Shown: positions 33,303 through 44,225, counted from the stretch's first letter. The stretch: 64,000 nt of DNA from Solirubrobacterales bacterium (GCA_044867645.1 JBIOVI010000063.1:329-64328), one strand, 5' to 3'. Numbers and translations are program-made. The notes: a model not told the origin generated them from the letters alone.

Positions 33303-34634
33303 TCACCGGGCGTAATTCGTGGCGCGACTCTCGCGGATCACGGTGATCTTGATCTGGCCCGGATACTCGACCTCCCGCTCGATCGAGGTGGCGATCTCGT
33401 ACGAGATCAGCGCCGCCCGCTCGTCGTCCACCTCGCCGGGGTCGACCATCACCCGGATCTCGCGCCCGGCCTGCATCGCGTGGACCTTTTCGACCCCGGG
33501 ATGACGGGAGGCCAGTCCCTCGAGATCGCGCAGGCGGGTCACGTATCCCTCGAGCGTGTCGCCGCGAGCCCCCGGGCGAGCGCCGGAGACGGCGTCGGCA
33601 GCTTGCACGATCACGGCCTCGACCGTGCGTGGCTCGACCTCGTCGTGATGGGCCTCGATCGCATGTGACACGGCCTCGCTCTCGCCGTAGCGGCGGGCGA
33701 GCCGGGCCCCGGCCTTCGCGTGAGTGCCCTCGACCTCGTGGCTGACAGCCTTGCCGATGTCGTGCAGCAGCGCCGCCCGTCGCACCGTCTCCTCGCTGAC
33801 ACCCAGCTCCGCCGCGATCAGCGACGCCAGATGCGCGCACTCGACCAAGTGGCTGAGCACATTCTGCCCGTAGCTCGTACGGAACTGAAGTCTGCCGAGC
33901 AGCTGCGCCAGATGGGGGTGAAGTCCGCTTACCCGGGCCTCCAGCAAGGCTCGCTCGGCCTCCTCCGCGATCCGGCCGCCGATCTCTTCTCCAGCCTGGG
34001 CATAGGCTTCCTCGCAGCGAGCCGGATGGATGCGACCGTCGGAGACCAACCTCTCCAGCGTGATCCGGGCGATCTCCCTGCGCACCCCGTCGAAGCTCGA
34101 GATTCGCACCGCCCGCGGTGTGTCGTCGACAAGGATGTCGACCCCGGTGAGCTGCTCGAGGGTGTGGATGTTGCGCCCGTCCCGCCCGATGATCCTGCCC
34201 TTCATCTCATTGTTCGGCAGGGGAACGAGCTGGGTCGTGCTTTCTATCGCATGGGCTCCCGCGAGACGCTGGGTCGCGGCGGCAAGGATTCCGCGAGCCC
34301 GGCGCTCGGTTGCGGTCCGTGTCTCCTCCTCGATCCGTCGCAGCACCAAGCCCGCCCGGCGACGGGCATCGACTTCCATCGCGCGGATCAGGGTTCGCCG
34401 CGCCTCGGCGGCGCTCAGCGAGGAGATCCGCTCCAGCTCCGCAAGCTGCCTGTTTTCGCCCTCGCCTAGCTCCGCCTCCCGGCAGTCCAAATCTCGCTCG
34501 CGAGCGTCAAGCGAGTCCCGGCGACGCTCCAGCTCATCTAGCTGGGCATCCAGCGCCTCCAGCCGGTCCAGCACCAAATCGGGCTTCGAACCGTTGCCGC
34601 GTGACGACATCCACGACGGCAGGCTGAGTTTCAT
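33303..34634 (-). CDS. rny: ribonuclease Y
   Basis: Coiled-coil N-terminus, KH domain (GRIIGRDGRNI) and HD domain (LLHDIGKA). The start may lie further upstream. Confidence 0.85.
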   Translation of the reverse strand: MKLSLPSWMSSRGNGSKPDLVLDRLEALDAQLDELERRRDSLDARERDLDCREAELGEGENRQLAELERISSLSAAEARRTLIRAMEVDARRRAGLVLRRIEEETRTATERRARGILAAATQRLAGAHAIESTTQLVPLPNNEMKGRIIGRDGRNIHTLEQLTGVDILVDDTPRAVRISSFDGVRREIARITLERLVSDGRIHPARCEEAYAQAGEEIGGRIAEEAERALLEARVSGLHPHLAQLLGRLQFRTSYGQNVLSHLVECAHLASLIAAELGVSEETVRRAALLHDIGKAVSHEVEGTHAKAGARLARRYGESEAVSHAIEAHHDEVEPRTVEAVIVQAADAVSGARPGARGDTLEGYVTRLRDLEGLASRHPGVEKVHAMQAGREIRVMVDPGEVDDERAALISYEIATSIEREVEYPGQIKITVIRESRATNYAR

Positions 34635-34685
34635 CTAAGCCAGATAGTACTCCCAGAGAACCGCTTGTCTAACCTAGGGCCGGCC

Positions 34686-35765
34686 TTAAGCAGCTTCTGC
34701 GACCGGCGGAGGAGTCTCTTGTGGGGCTTTTTCTGCGCCGATGCCGAGCGCTGCGCGGATCTTTGCCTCGATCTCGCTCGCGATCTCGGGATTGTCGACG
34801 AGGAACTGCTTGGCGTTGTTGCGTCCCTGGCCCAGCCGCGTCTCGCCGTAGGAGAAGAAAGACCCGGATTTCTGCACCAGATCGTGCTCGATCCCGAAGT
34901 CGATCAGTCCCCCCTCGCGGGAGATGCCGACCCCGTACTCGATGTCGAATTCGGCCTGTTTGAAGGGCGATGCGACCTTGTTCTTGACGACTTTGACCCG
35001 AACCCGGTTGCCGACCGCCTCGGTCCCTTCCTTGAGGGTCTCGATGCGGCGGATGTCGAGGCGCTGCGAGGAATAGAACTTCAGCGCCCGACCGCCCGGC
35101 TGGGTCTCGGGCGAGCCGAACTGGACCCCGACCTTTTCGCGGATCTGATTGGTGAAGAGGCAGACGGTGTTCGTCCGGTTGAGATTCCCGGCGAGTTTGC
35201 GCATCGCCTGCGACATCAGTCGCGCTTGGAGGCCGACGGTCGTGTCGCCGATCTGGCCATCCAGCTCGGCTTTCGGCGTCAGCGCCGCGACCGAGTCGAT
35301 CGCGACGACGTCGACCGCGGCGGAGGCGATCAGCCGGTCGGCGATCTGCAGCGCCTGCTCGCCGTAGTCGGGCTGGGAGACCAGCAACTCGTCGGTGTCG
35401 ACGCCGATCGCCCGTGCGTAGATCGGGTCGATCGAGTGCTCGGTGTCGATGAAGGCGCAGATCCCGCCACGACTCTGGGCCTCGGCGATGATGTGGTAGA
35501 TCAGCGTCGTCTTTCCCGACGACTCCGGACCGAAGATCTCGACGATCCGCCCGCGCGGCACCCCGCCGATCCCCAGCGCGAGGTCGAGCGAGAGCGCCCC
35601 GGTCGGGATCGCTTCGATCGGGATTGCGCTGTCGGCGCCGAGGCGCATCAGCGCGCCCTGGCCGAAGTCCCGCTCGATCTGGGTCACCGCCGCCTCGAGC
35701 GCCGCGTCCTTCGCCTTGGCCTCCTTGGCCGAGGCATCCTTCAAAGCCGCTTTCTTGTCTGCCAT
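34686..35765 (-). CDS. recA: recombinase RecA
   Basis: GPESSGKTT Walker A and the canonical RecA sequence throughout. ATG at 35765 after GAGGTGAT. Confidence 0.95.
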   Translation of the reverse strand: MADKKAALKDASAKEAKAKDAALEAAVTQIERDFGQGALMRLGADSAIPIEAIPTGALSLDLALGIGGVPRGRIVEIFGPESSGKTTLIYHIIAEAQSRGGICAFIDTEHSIDPIYARAIGVDTDELLVSQPDYGEQALQIADRLIASAAVDVVAIDSVAALTPKAELDGQIGDTTVGLQARLMSQAMRKLAGNLNRTNTVCLFTNQIREKVGVQFGSPETQPGGRALKFYSSQRLDIRRIETLKEGTEAVGNRVRVKVVKNKVASPFKQAEFDIEYGVGISREGGLIDFGIEHDLVQKSGSFFSYGETRLGQGRNNAKQFLVDNPEIASEIEAKIRAALGIGAEKAPQETPPPVAEAA

Positions 35766-35775
35766 CTCAATCACC

Positions 35776-36378
35776 TCACTGCCGCCCGCCTGTGGGCAGC
35801 TCGACTTGCGCCAGCGGGGTGTACTGCGCACCCTGCGGCTGGAGTTCAGAACGGTAGAGAGTCATCCGGCGGCAAACCGCAGGCTGCAGCAATGCTTGCG
35901 GTAGCGCCCGAGGAGGTCGCGTGACGGACGCTGGACGCTTCGAGCCGCGTTCCTCGCGGCGCACCCTGGCCACCGTGACGTGCGGCCAGAACGGCCGCTT
36001 CTCCGGCTCGTAGAGGTGTGCTTCGATCAGCTTCTCCTCCACCACCGCCTGGAGCTTCGCCGCGGCGGGCGAGGCGACGGGGATCGCGAAGAGGCGCGGC
36101 CGGCCGCGCTCCGGTCGCGGCACCGGGTGCCCTAACTCCATCCTGGGCGCAGGCCCGGCGCTCCCCTCGACGATCCCCGCCAGTCGCGGGATCTCCTTCT
36201 CCGGCAGGTAGCCGAGAAACGCAAGGGTGATGTGAAGCGATGCGGGTGCAACCGGCCGTAGCGCCGGATCGACAAGCGCCTCATGCCCCCAGGCAACGAT
36301 CTCCGTTCGCACCCGATCGGGCAGGTCGAGCGCAACGAACATCCGTGCCCGCGGACTCTTCAACCTCTCCTTCGCCAT
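35776..36378 (-). CDS. thpR: RNA 2',3'-cyclic phosphodiesterase (2H family)
   Basis: Two HxT motifs (HITLAF, HVTVAR). The long ORF was trimmed to the ATG at 36378. Confidence 0.75.
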   Translation of the reverse strand: MAKERLKSPRARMFVALDLPDRVRTEIVAWGHEALVDPALRPVAPASLHITLAFLGYLPEKEIPRLAGIVEGSAGPAPRMELGHPVPRPERGRPRLFAIPVASPAAAKLQAVVEEKLIEAHLYEPEKRPFWPHVTVARVRREERGSKRPASVTRPPRALPQALLQPAVCRRMTLYRSELQPQGAQYTPLAQVELPTGGRQ

Positions 36379-36446
36379 GCGGCGGACGCTACGTGGCGGC
36401 GGCGCACGAGACAACGCGCGATCGCCAAAAATCTGTGCCGATTTCG

Positions 36447-37745
36447 CTACAGAGGTGCATCCTTGCCGCCGAGCAGGGTCCGCAGCAGGTGCATCGCAAC
36501 GAGGGCGGAGCGTTCGCGGATGTCCTCGCGCCCGCCCGGGATGACCGGATCGCGGGCGATGCTGGTGCCATCGGCAAGACGGGCGTCGAAGCAGACGTAA
36601 CCGACCGGCTTCTCCTCGCTGCCCCCGTCGGGGCCGGCGATCCCGGTTATCGAGACGGCGACATCGGCCCCAAATCGCTCCAGCGCCCCCTGCGACATCG
36701 CAGCGGCAACCTCGGCCGAGACGGCACCGTGGCTTGCGATCAGCTCCGGGTCGACCCCCAGCAGCTCGGCCTTTGCCTCGTTCGAGTAGGCAACGACGCT
36801 GCCGGCGAAGTAGGCCGAAGCCCCTGGCAGATCGGTGATCCGAGCCGCCAGCAGCCCTCCCGAGCAAGACTCGGCAAGACCCAGCTGGCGCCCCTGCAAC
36901 AAGCGCGCGAGCTGCGAATCGACGGTCTCACCGTCGAGGCTGAACAGATGGCGGCTATGTCGGTCGGCAAGGCCGACTCGCACTGTCTCCGCGACGGCCG
37001 CCGCCTCGGCTCGGTAGCGGACGTCGATCTCTATCTCGCCGCGGCGTAGGCAGGTGGTGATCTCCACCGCCGCCAGATCCGTCCCCTCGCCCTCGATCTC
37101 TCGCAGGCTCTTGGCGATCTCCGACTCCGGGATGCCGAACATCCTCACCGTGTAGGCAAGCAATGGCGTGGCGCGAGCCAGCACCGCCTGCACCGGCCGC
37201 GACTCGATCGCCCGCGGCCACATCGGTTGCAGCTCCCGCGGCGGACCGGGCAGGACGATCGCGACCCGCTCGCCCGCCGGCACCACCAGCCCAGGCGCGG
37301 TTCCGACCGGATCGAGGGGCGCAGAGCCCTCGGGCACCATCGCCTGCTTGCGGTTGGCCACGCGCACCGCCTCCTCGTCGAAGCGGAAGCGCCGCGCGAA
37401 GCCACGCAGGATCGCCGCGATCTTCTCCTCCATCTCCTCGTCGAGCACCAGCTCCCGCCCGGCGAAGCGCGCGACGACCTCCGCCGTCAGGTCGTCGGCG
37501 GTCGGACCGAGACCGCCGGAGGTGACGATCAGATCCATCCCCTCGGAAGCCATGAAGCGCAGGGCGGACTCGAGATCGTCGGGCCGGTCGCCGACGACCA
37601 GGATGTGGGCGACGTCGACGCCCAGCTCGGCCAGCCGTTCGGAGATCCAGGGCCCGTTGCGGTCGGCTATGCGGCCGGTCAAGACCTCGGTTCCCGTTAC
37701 GACAATGCCCGCCCTAACAATGGCCGCCGCCCCCGGACCGCTCAT
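36447..37745 (-). CDS. cinA: CinA family protein (MoCF-binding + nicotinamide-nucleotide amidase domains)
   Basis: [22 protein letters not shown]-terminus and a C-terminal PncC-like [12 protein letters not shown] overlap with the upstream gene. Confidence 0.85.
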   Translation of the reverse strand: MSGPGAAAIVRAGIVVTGTEVLTGRIADRNGPWISERLAELGVDVAHILVVGDRPDDLESALRFMASEGMDLIVTSGGLGPTADDLTAEVVARFAGRELVLDEEMEEKIAAILRGFARRFRFDEEAVRVANRKQAMVPEGSAPLDPVGTAPGLVVPAGERVAIVLPGPPRELQPMWPRAIESRPVQAVLARATPLLAYTVRMFGIPESEIAKSLREIEGEGTDLAAVEITTCLRRGEIEIDVRYRAEAAAVAETVRVGLADRHSRHLFSLDGETVDSQLARLLQGRQLGLAESCSGGLLAARITDLPGASAYFAGSVVAYSNEAKAELLGVDPELIASHGAVSAEVAAAMSQGALERFGADVAVSITGIAGPDGGSEEKPVGYVCFDARLADGTSIARDPVIPGGREDIRERSALVAMHLLRTLLGGKDAPL

Positions 37746-38497
37746 TCGCAGTCGGGCCTTTCCCCTTCTTCGAGCGCGATCAACTTGCCACCGGAGTCGA
37801 CGCGGTAGCCCACCGGGCTGGAGCTGGCAGGAACTTCTGCATCTTCCCCGTCGACGAGCATAGTCACCGAGCCGTTTCCCAGCGCGACTTCGAACCCCTT
37901 CGACCGGAACGGTCCCTCTTCGGCACCCGCTTCGAGGATCTGACCGTCGATCAGCGGCTCTTCCTTGGCATCCAGCAGGCACACCCATACTTCCGAGGTC
38001 GCCGCGAGGCGTACGGCGACGCCTGGCTGGGCGACCGGTTGCGTCGTCTGGCCGGTGTTCTTGTGCCGCTTCCCCCCGTTTGCCGATGGCGCCGGCGCGG
38101 AAGAGTCGCCATCGCCTCCCGCCAGGCCGATTCCGATGACAACAGCGATCAGGCCGAGGATGAGCGCGGTCGCCAAGACGCCACGTGGAATCCGGGGACG
38201 ACTGCCACGGCCACCGGTCGGAACCGGCTCGACGCGCTTCGGTGCCCGCTCCCCCCCAGGCGGAGCGGTGCTGCGCCGGTAGTCGTCGGCGAGGCGCTCT
38301 CCATCGAGACCGAGGTAGGAGGCGTAGGTACGGATGAACCCTCGCGTATAGGCACCGCCGGGAAGTGCGTCCCACTCCTCGTTCTCCATCGCCTGCAAGT
38401 AGCGAGCACGGATCTTGATCGCACTTTCGACCTCGTCCAGATCGATTTTGCGACGGCTTCGCGCCTCGCGCAGGGTGGCTCCGATGCCGATGTCCAC
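37742..38497 (-). CDS. RodZ-like HTH / DUF4115 membrane protein
   Basis: N-terminal [37 protein letters not shown], a TM helix, and a C-terminal beta domain. Confidence 0.7.
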   Translation of the reverse strand: MDIGIGATLREARSRRKIDLDEVESAIKIRARYLQAMENEEWDALPGGAYTRGFIRTYASYLGLDGERLADDYRRSTAPPGGERAPKRVEPVPTGGRGSRPRIPRGVLATALILGLIAVVIGIGLAGGDGDSSAPAPSANGGKRHKNTGQTTQPVAQPGVAVRLAATSEVWVCLLDAKEEPLIDGQILEAGAEEGPFRSKGFEVALGNGSVTMLVDGEDAEVPASSSPVGYRVDSGGKLIALEEGERPDCE

Positions 38498-38542
38498 CCA
38501 GACATTGTGTCTACTACGCCGATTTGGCGCGAACGATCTGCG

Positions 38543-40738
38543 TCAGCTCATCTCATCGGCCTCGACCGCGACCGGCTCCGCGCTCTGGCCGTCGCCAAGC
38601 ACGCGCGGCAGATCGGCCTCGGCGATCAGCACCTGCCGGGGCTTTGAGCCCTCATAGCCGGAGATCACGCCACGCCGCTCCAGCATGTCGATCAGCCTCC
38701 CTGCCCGCGTGTAGCCGACCCGGAGCCGGCGCTGGATCATCGACACCGAAGCGGTTTCGGTCTGCACGACGGTGCGGATCGCCTCGTCGAGCAGGTCGTC
38801 GGCGTCGGGGTCGAAGTCGTCGTCCCCCGTCTCGCCCGCGACCTCCTCCCGGGCCTCCAGAAGCTCCGCCTCGAATTCCGGTTCGCCCTGCTTGGCCCAG
38901 TGCCCCGTGACCCGCGCGATCTCCTCCTCGGTCACGAACGCCGCCTGCACGCGAGCCAGCTTCGAGGTGCCGGCGCCGCGGAAGAGCATGTCCCCCTGGC
39001 CGAGCAGGGCCTCCGCCCCGCCCTGGTCGAGGATCACCCGCGAGTCGGTCTGCGAGGAGACAGCGAAGGCGATGCGGGCGGGGATGTTGACCTTGATCGT
39101 GCCGGTGATGATGTCGGTCGAAGGTCGCTGCGTCGCCAGCACCAGGTGAATCCCGGTGGCGCGTGACTTCTGCGCGAGGCGGATGATCGAGTCCTCGACC
39201 TCGGCCGGCGAGACCATCATCAGGTCCGCAAGCTCGTCGATTACGCAGAGGATGTGCGGCAGCGGCGCCTCGCCGGCCTTGATCCGGGCCCGGTTCAGCT
39301 CCGCCAGGTTGCGGCAGCGCGCCTGGCCCATGATCCCGTAGCGGCTCTCCATCTCGCCGATCAAGTTGGCGAGCACGTTGGCGGCGAGGCGAGGCGAGGT
39401 GACCACGGGCGTCAACAGGTGCGGGACGTTCTCGTAGTGGTTGAGCTCGACCTGCTTGGGATCGACCAGGACGAGCCGCACGTCGTTGGGCGAGGCGTGC
39501 ATCAGGATCGAGGAGAGGATCGCGTTGACGCAGCCTGACTTGCCCGAGCCGGTCGTGCCGGCGACGAGGACATGGGGCATCTTCGCCAGGTCGGTCCAGA
39601 CCGCGTTGCCGTCGATCCCTTTGCCGAGCCAGGCGACCAGGGGCGAGGTCTTCTCCGGGCGACCGGCGTAGATGTCGCCGAGACGGACCAGGCGACGGCG
39701 GGTGTTCGGGACCTCGACCCCGACCGCCTGCTTGCCCGGGATCGGCGCCAAGATCCGGATGTCGGTGGAGGCGAGCGCGTAGGCGAGGTCGTTGGAGAGC
39801 TCGGTGACTTTCTTCACCTTGGTGCCGGGGGCGAGGCGCAGCTCGAAGCGCGAGACGTGGGGACCGCTGACGATGCCGACGATCTTCGCCTCGACGCCGA
39901 AGTGGCCGAGCGTTTCGACCAGCTTGCGCCCGATCGCTTCGTGGTCCCGGGGGTCGGGACCTTTGTCGCCTTTGCCTTTTTCCAGCACCTTGGCGGGCGG
40001 GGGCCGGTAGTCGATCTGATCGGATTCGGTGACGCCGCGCTTCTGCCCCATAGGAGTCAGCGCCGCTTGCTTGGACTCGGAATCGGTGCCCACGCCGAGG
40101 CCCTCCTCGCTGCGGACCTCGACCTCGTAGGCGTGGGGATGCAGGCCCTCCTCCACCGGCGCGGGGTCGACGGCCGGCTCGGCGTCGAACTCGGTGGTCG
40201 CCGGCTCCTCGTCCTCCTCAAGTTCGCCCCCGGCGAGCGCCACGGTCGGTTCGAAGTCGTCATCCTCGGGATAGGTACTCATCACGTCGGTGGGTCCGGC
40301 CTTGGTCTCGAGGGCAGTGGTCCTTTCGCCGCGTCGCGCTTCGCGATGCTGGATCGCCGTCTGGGCGATGTCGCGACCGCCGAGGACGGTGCGGCGGACG
40401 CCGCGACCTACCCCTCGGAAGACGGTCGATATCGAGGTGCCGGTGACCAGCATCGCTCCAACCGCCAGCATCAGGACGGTCACGATCCGCGCCCCCACCT
40501 TGCCGAGCAGGTACTCGAGCCCAGTTTCCAGCCCGTAGCCGACCTTGCCGCCGTCCCAGCCGAAGAAGAACACGAAGGTTAGGTAGACGCCAGACGCGAT
40601 CAGGGAGAGGCCGATCAGGTCGAGGTGGCGCTGCTGCAGTCCTTCCGGCAAGCGTGGCCGCGGCAGGCGTGGCTTGGCTTTCGCTTTCCCCTTCGGTTTA
40701 CGGCGAGCAGCCGAGCCTCGTTTCTTGCGCACGAACAT
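38543..40738 (-). CDS. ftsK: DNA translocase FtsK/SpoIIIE
   Basis: N-terminal TM segments, Walker A GTTGSGKSG, and a gamma wHTH (MIQRRLRVGYTRAGRLIDMLE). Confidence 0.95.
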   Translation of the reverse strand: MFVRKKRGSAARRKPKGKAKAKPRLPRPRLPEGLQQRHLDLIGLSLIASGVYLTFVFFFGWDGGKVGYGLETGLEYLLGKVGARIVTVLMLAVGAMLVTGTSISTVFRGVGRGVRRTVLGGRDIAQTAIQHREARRGERTTALETKAGPTDVMSTYPEDDDFEPTVALAGGELEEDEEPATTEFDAEPAVDPAPVEEGLHPHAYEVEVRSEEGLGVGTDSESKQAALTPMGQKRGVTESDQIDYRPPPAKVLEKGKGDKGPDPRDHEAIGRKLVETLGHFGVEAKIVGIVSGPHVSRFELRLAPGTKVKKVTELSNDLAYALASTDIRILAPIPGKQAVGVEVPNTRRRLVRLGDIYAGRPEKTSPLVAWLGKGIDGNAVWTDLAKMPHVLVAGTTGSGKSGCVNAILSSILMHASPNDVRLVLVDPKQVELNHYENVPHLLTPVVTSPRLAANVLANLIGEMESRYGIMGQARCRNLAELNRARIKAGEAPLPHILCVIDELADLMMVSPAEVEDSIIRLAQKSRATGIHLVLATQRPSTDIITGTIKVNIPARIAFAVSSQTDSRVILDQGGAEALLGQGDMLFRGAGTSKLARVQAAFVTEEEIARVTGHWAKQGEPEFEAELLEAREEVAGETGDDDFDPDADDLLDEAIRTVVQTETASVSMIQRRLRVGYTRAGRLIDMLERRGVISGYEGSKPRQVLIAEADLPRVLGDGQSAEPVAVEADEMS

Positions 40739-40780
40739 GGCAGCCGCTTCGACGCCAACCGTCCCTCCCCTGCCTGGACG

Positions 40781-41179
40781 CTACGGCTGCGTCGCGATCC
40801 AGGCCGCAATCAAGCTGGCAAAACCACCGATCGCCGCGCATATCAGCAGAACCATGAGTGTTTGAATCGCGTCGAACCTGGTGTGCATTTCGGATCGCAT
40901 GGCCTGCATCTCGGACCGCAGGGCTTTGGACTCCTCATTCATCTCGGCGCGAACTTTCGTGAACTCGGTGCCCACACCCTTGAACTCGGTCCCCACGCCC
41001 TTGAACTCGGTGCCCACAGCCTTGAAGTCGTTGTCCACGCCCTTGAATTTGGCATGCACTTCCTTGAACTCGGCCCGCACGTCCTTGAACTCGGCCCGCA
41101 TCTCTCCATGCATCGCCTTGATGCTGTCGTTGAGGTCGTCCAACCTGTCATCGCTCCAGCTCACCCTCATCGCCTCCAT
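40781..41179 (-). CDS. tail-anchored heptad-repeat (coiled-coil) protein
   Basis: 132 aa. About 11 heptads (AEFKDVR AEFKEVH AKFKGVD ... TEFKGVG x2) followed by the C-terminal TM LMVLLICAAIGGFASLIAAWI. Confidence 0.65.
   Translation of the reverse strand: MEAMRVSWSDDRLDDLNDSIKAMHGEMRAEFKDVRAEFKEVHAKFKGVDNDFKAVGTEFKGVGTEFKGVGTEFTKVRAEMNEESKALRSEMQAMRSEMHTRFDAIQTLMVLLICAAIGGFASLIAAWIATQP
40951..41106. repeat. 21-bp tandem repeats (about 7 units, TGAACTCGGnCCCACnCCCT-like) within the coding sequence
   Basis: Read directly from the sequence. The period equals 7 codons. Confidence 0.8.
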
Positions 41180-41259
41180 GTGTTCACGCTAGCGGGGCGC
41201 CTCGCAAGGGTGATGCGCCGAATGTAAAAAGTTTCGCAGACTTTTGTCTCAGATGTGTG

Positions 41260-42243
41260 TCAGCCGGCGCAGACCCAGGCGCTGCCGCCCGAGTCAGCCC
41301 AGATTTCGGCGGCGATGCGGTCTTGTTCGGACTTCGGTGCGTCCTGCGGCTCGCCCTGACCGCCATAGAGGTCCCAGGTCGAGGGCAGGATCTGGTAGGC
41401 GCCACCGGCGCCGCTGCTCGGGTTGACGGCGCCGTAGTTGCCGCCGGACTCGCACATCACGATGTAGGTGGGGATCGAGTAGGGACCGCCGAGCCAGCGG
41501 CCTACGATTTCTTCAGCCGCGGCACGACTCGCTGCTTCCGCGGCTTCGATCTCGCCGACCCATTCGCCGATTTTCGATTTCAGCGTTGCGAGAGATTCGG
41601 ACCTCGCTGCCGAGAGCGAGTCCAGCCTGACCGTTGCCTCCTCGGCGCGGCTGCGCACGGCGGCGATTTCGGAGCGGGCCGCGGCGAGGCGCTCGTTGTA
41701 GGCGTCGACCCGCGCCTTCAGCGCGGCGACGAGCTCCAGCTCGTGCCGCACCCGGTTACGCACCTGCTCGACCCGCGCCGCCAGCTCGGTGTCGGAGTCC
41801 TCGATCCGCTGCAGGTATTCGGTCCTCGTCGCAAGCTCGTCGTAGTCACCCGAGCCTAGGATGACGCTGGCAGTGCTCGGCGAGCCGCTCTCGTAGATCG
41901 CAACCAGGCGCCGGGCGAGCGCCCGGCGGGCGCGACGCAGGCGACGGCGCTCGGCTTCGAGATGCCGTTCGGAGCGCTCGACCTCGGCGGCGAGCCTCGC
42001 GGCCCGCTCGCGCCCGTGTTCGAGCAAGCCGGTCAGATGCCGCTCGCGCGAAGCGGCCGCCGATGCTTCGGCTTCGGTGCTGGCCAGCTGTTCCTGCGTC
42101 GCGCGGATCTGGGCGCCGAGCGAAGCCGCTTCGTCGCGGGCGCTGTCCACCTTGCCTCGAAGTACGTCGATTTCGGCCGCGCCGGCGGAGGCAACCGCAA
42201 GCAAGGCTACGACAAGGAGAGCGACTGCGGGCTTCCAGCGCAT
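41260..42243 (-). CDS. secreted coiled-coil protein with C-terminal transglycosylase-like (Rpf-like) domain
   Basis: Signal peptide and a long Ala/Arg/Glu coiled coil. C-terminus IVMCESGGNYGAVNPSSGAGGAYQILPSTW. Confidence 0.75.
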   Translation of the reverse strand: MRWKPAVALLVVALLAVASAGAAEIDVLRGKVDSARDEAASLGAQIRATQEQLASTEAEASAAASRERHLTGLLEHGRERAARLAAEVERSERHLEAERRRLRRARRALARRLVAIYESGSPSTASVILGSGDYDELATRTEYLQRIEDSDTELAARVEQVRNRVRHELELVAALKARVDAYNERLAAARSEIAAVRSRAEEATVRLDSLSAARSESLATLKSKIGEWVGEIEAAEAASRAAAEEIVGRWLGGPYSIPTYIVMCESGGNYGAVNPSSGAGGAYQILPSTWDLYGGQGEPQDAPKSEQDRIAAEIWADSGGSAWVCAG

Positions 42244-42417
42244 GCGAGCACCTCAGATGACCGATTTCGCGGCAGCGTGTGCCTGGGGGCGCGCGTGGTC
42301 GAGCAGATCAAGGACGCAGGGTGCAGCCTTTGCTGGTTGCAAAGGCAAACCCGAGGACGCCGAGATGCGCAGCGCCACGCGTGTCATCCAGGTGCGCGAG
42401 GTCGCGGAATTGGTCAT

Positions 42418-42570
42418 CTAACCCTCGGGAACGTTGCGGTTCGCCAGGTAGACGGCGGCACCGATCGCCGCGACCGCAAGGCCGGCACCGATCCGGATCT
42501 CGCGGCGGTAGCGGCGGCGCAGATAGATCACCGCGAAACGCAGAGCCGCCTTGCCGAGCGTGTTGTACAT
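42418..42570 (-). CDS. 50-aa small membrane protein coupled to argG
   Basis: ATG overlaps the argG stop (ATGA). Sequence MYNTLGKAALRFAVIYLRRRYRREIRIGAGLAVAAIGAAVYLANRNVPEG. Confidence 0.45.
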   Translation of the reverse strand: MYNTLGKAALRFAVIYLRRRYRREIRIGAGLAVAAIGAAVYLANRNVPEG

Positions 42571-43847
42571 CAGCCTTCGTTCCCCTCGTTGCGCTGCCTC
42601 GCCCTGTACGCCATCCGCGATTGCAGCGACCAGAGCTCGATGAACCCGGGTGAGGCAGTCTGCGAGAAGAGGCCGCCCGACTCGGCAAAGGAGGCAAGGT
42701 CGGCGTCGTAGACCGCGTTGGGGGAAGAGCGCGTGACGACGCGCGCGCTCCCTTTGTACAGCCGCAGCCCGATCGTCCCGCTCACCTGTGCGTTGACGGC
42801 ATCCATGTATGCGTCGAGGTCGGAGCGCAGTGGCTCCCACCAGAGTCCGGCATAGACAAGGTACGCCCACTTCTGGTCCAGCCCCGGCTTTAGCTGGTTC
42901 TGGTGGATCGTTCCCACCAGCTTCTCGAGCTCCTGGTGAGCGGGCAGCAGGATCGCCGCCGCCGGCACCTCGTAGATGTCGCGCACCTTGAGCCCGACGA
43001 TGCGGTCCTCGATGTGGTCGACGATCCCGACCCCGTGGCGGCAGCCGATCTCCGCCACCGTTTCGAGCAGCTCGACTAGCCCGAGCCGCTCCCCGTTCAG
43101 CCCAACCGGAACGCCGGCCTCGAACTCGACCGTCACCGTCTCCGCCTCGTCCGGCGCCCGCTCGGGCAGGGTGACCAGCTGGAAGACGTCGTCCTCCGGC
43201 GCGTGATCGAGATCCTCGATCCAGCGACCCTCCGACGAGCGGCCCCAGAGGTTGTCGTCGATCGAGTAGGGGGCGACCTCGGTGCCTCCCTTGACGGGGA
43301 TGCCGTGCTCACGGGCGTAGGCGATCTCCTCCTCGCGGCCCATCTGCCAGGAGCGCACCGGTGCGATCGTCTTCAGCTCCGGCGCCAGCGTCGCCACCGT
43401 CGCCTCGATCCGAACCTGGTCGTTGCCCTTGCCGGTGCAGCCGTGGGCGATCGTGTCGCAGCCGGATTCGCGCGCCTGTTCCACCGCCAGCTCGGCGATC
43501 AGCGGCCTGCCCAGCGCCGTGAACAGCGGGTAGCCGCCGCCGTAGAGCGCGTTCGCCTTGATCGCCGGGACGACGAAGTCGCTGGCGAAGCGCTCGCGAG
43601 CATCGACGACGTGGCACTCGAGCGCGCCCAGGCGCTTCGCCTTGTCCTCGATCGCCGCGTAATCCTCGCCGGGCTGGCCGAGGTTGACGGTGAGGCAGAC
43701 CACCTCCGCGCCGTAGCGATCCTGGATCCACTTCAGCATCACGCTCGTGTCGAGGCCGCCGGAGTAGAGCAGCAGCACCCGCCGAACCTCGGCCGGGTCG
43801 GCCTCGTAGCCCGCAGTGCGGACCTGGTCGGGCTGGTGCTCAGTCAT
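42570..43847 (-). CDS. argG: argininosuccinate synthase
   Basis: LYSGGLDTS ATP-binding motif and canonical ArgG sequence. Confidence 0.95.
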   Translation of the reverse strand: MTEHQPDQVRTAGYEADPAEVRRVLLLYSGGLDTSVMLKWIQDRYGAEVVCLTVNLGQPGEDYAAIEDKAKRLGALECHVVDARERFASDFVVPAIKANALYGGGYPLFTALGRPLIAELAVEQARESGCDTIAHGCTGKGNDQVRIEATVATLAPELKTIAPVRSWQMGREEEIAYAREHGIPVKGGTEVAPYSIDDNLWGRSSEGRWIEDLDHAPEDDVFQLVTLPERAPDEAETVTVEFEAGVPVGLNGERLGLVELLETVAEIGCRHGVGIVDHIEDRIVGLKVRDIYEVPAAAILLPAHQELEKLVGTIHQNQLKPGLDQKWAYLVYAGLWWEPLRSDLDAYMDAVNAQVSGTIGLRLYKGSARVVTRSSPNAVYDADLASFAESGGLFSQTASPGFIELWSLQSRMAYRARQRNEGNEG

Positions 43848-43848
43848 G

Positions 43849-44205
43849 CTAAGGCGCTTCGAGCCCGCCGCTGCCGCCTTCTTCGGTGGTCGTCGTCGGC
43901 GCGGTGGTCGTGGGGGAAGTCGTCGTTTCCGTGGTGGTCGTTTCCGTCGTGGTTGGCTCGGTGTCCGTGGTTTCGGTCGTCTCGTCGGTCGTTTCCGACG
44001 TGGTCGAGTCGGTGCTCGGCAGGGTCGTGACCGCCGAAGGGGTCGAGGTCGAGCTGCCGCTGTCGTCGGAGGCGATCACCACGATCGCCACCACCAGTCC
44101 GACGATCACCGCGATCAGACCCGCAATCAGCAGCCGCATGTTGCCGTGCCGGCGGCCGCCTGGCTGCTCTGGCTGTCCCATGATCCGAGTCGGGTCGTCG
44201 TGCAT
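43849..44205 (-). CDS. single-TM protein with Thr/Glu-rich low-complexity tail
   Basis: TM LLIAGLIAVIVGLVVAIVVI followed by the TTSETTDETTETTDTEPTTTETTTTETTT tail. Confidence 0.5.
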   Translation of the reverse strand: MHDDPTRIMGQPEQPGGRRHGNMRLLIAGLIAVIVGLVVAIVVIASDDSGSSTSTPSAVTTLPSTDSTTSETTDETTETTDTEPTTTETTTTETTTSPTTTAPTTTTEEGGSGGLEAP

Positions 44206-44225
44206 CGAGTGGTGATCCTACGGCT

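Noticed and set aside
36379-38375. Upstream extensions of the thpR (to 36867) and cinA (to 38375) ORFs, which would imply 363-aa and 642-aa proteins.
   Set aside because: The extensions overlap the neighbouring real genes out of frame and are Arg-rich. The internal ATGs at 36378 and 37745 give normal-length proteins and tidy junctions.
40951-41106. Regular short tandem repeats considered as a possible CRISPR array. The repeats at 12700-13000 were considered for the same reason.
   Set aside because: The repeats are contiguous with no spacers, in frame within ORFs (21-bp heptads and degenerate ~27-bp units), and no cas genes are present.
42244-42417. 174-nt leader upstream of the Rpf-like gene, checked for a c-di-AMP (ydaO-type) riboswitch of the kind that often precedes such genes.
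   Set aside because: I could not find the conserved ACCC/GGGG-A and CCGA-type cores as I remember them. Only an 8-bp hairpin (GCCTTTGC/GCAAAGGC) is present. A covariance-model scan is needed before any claim.
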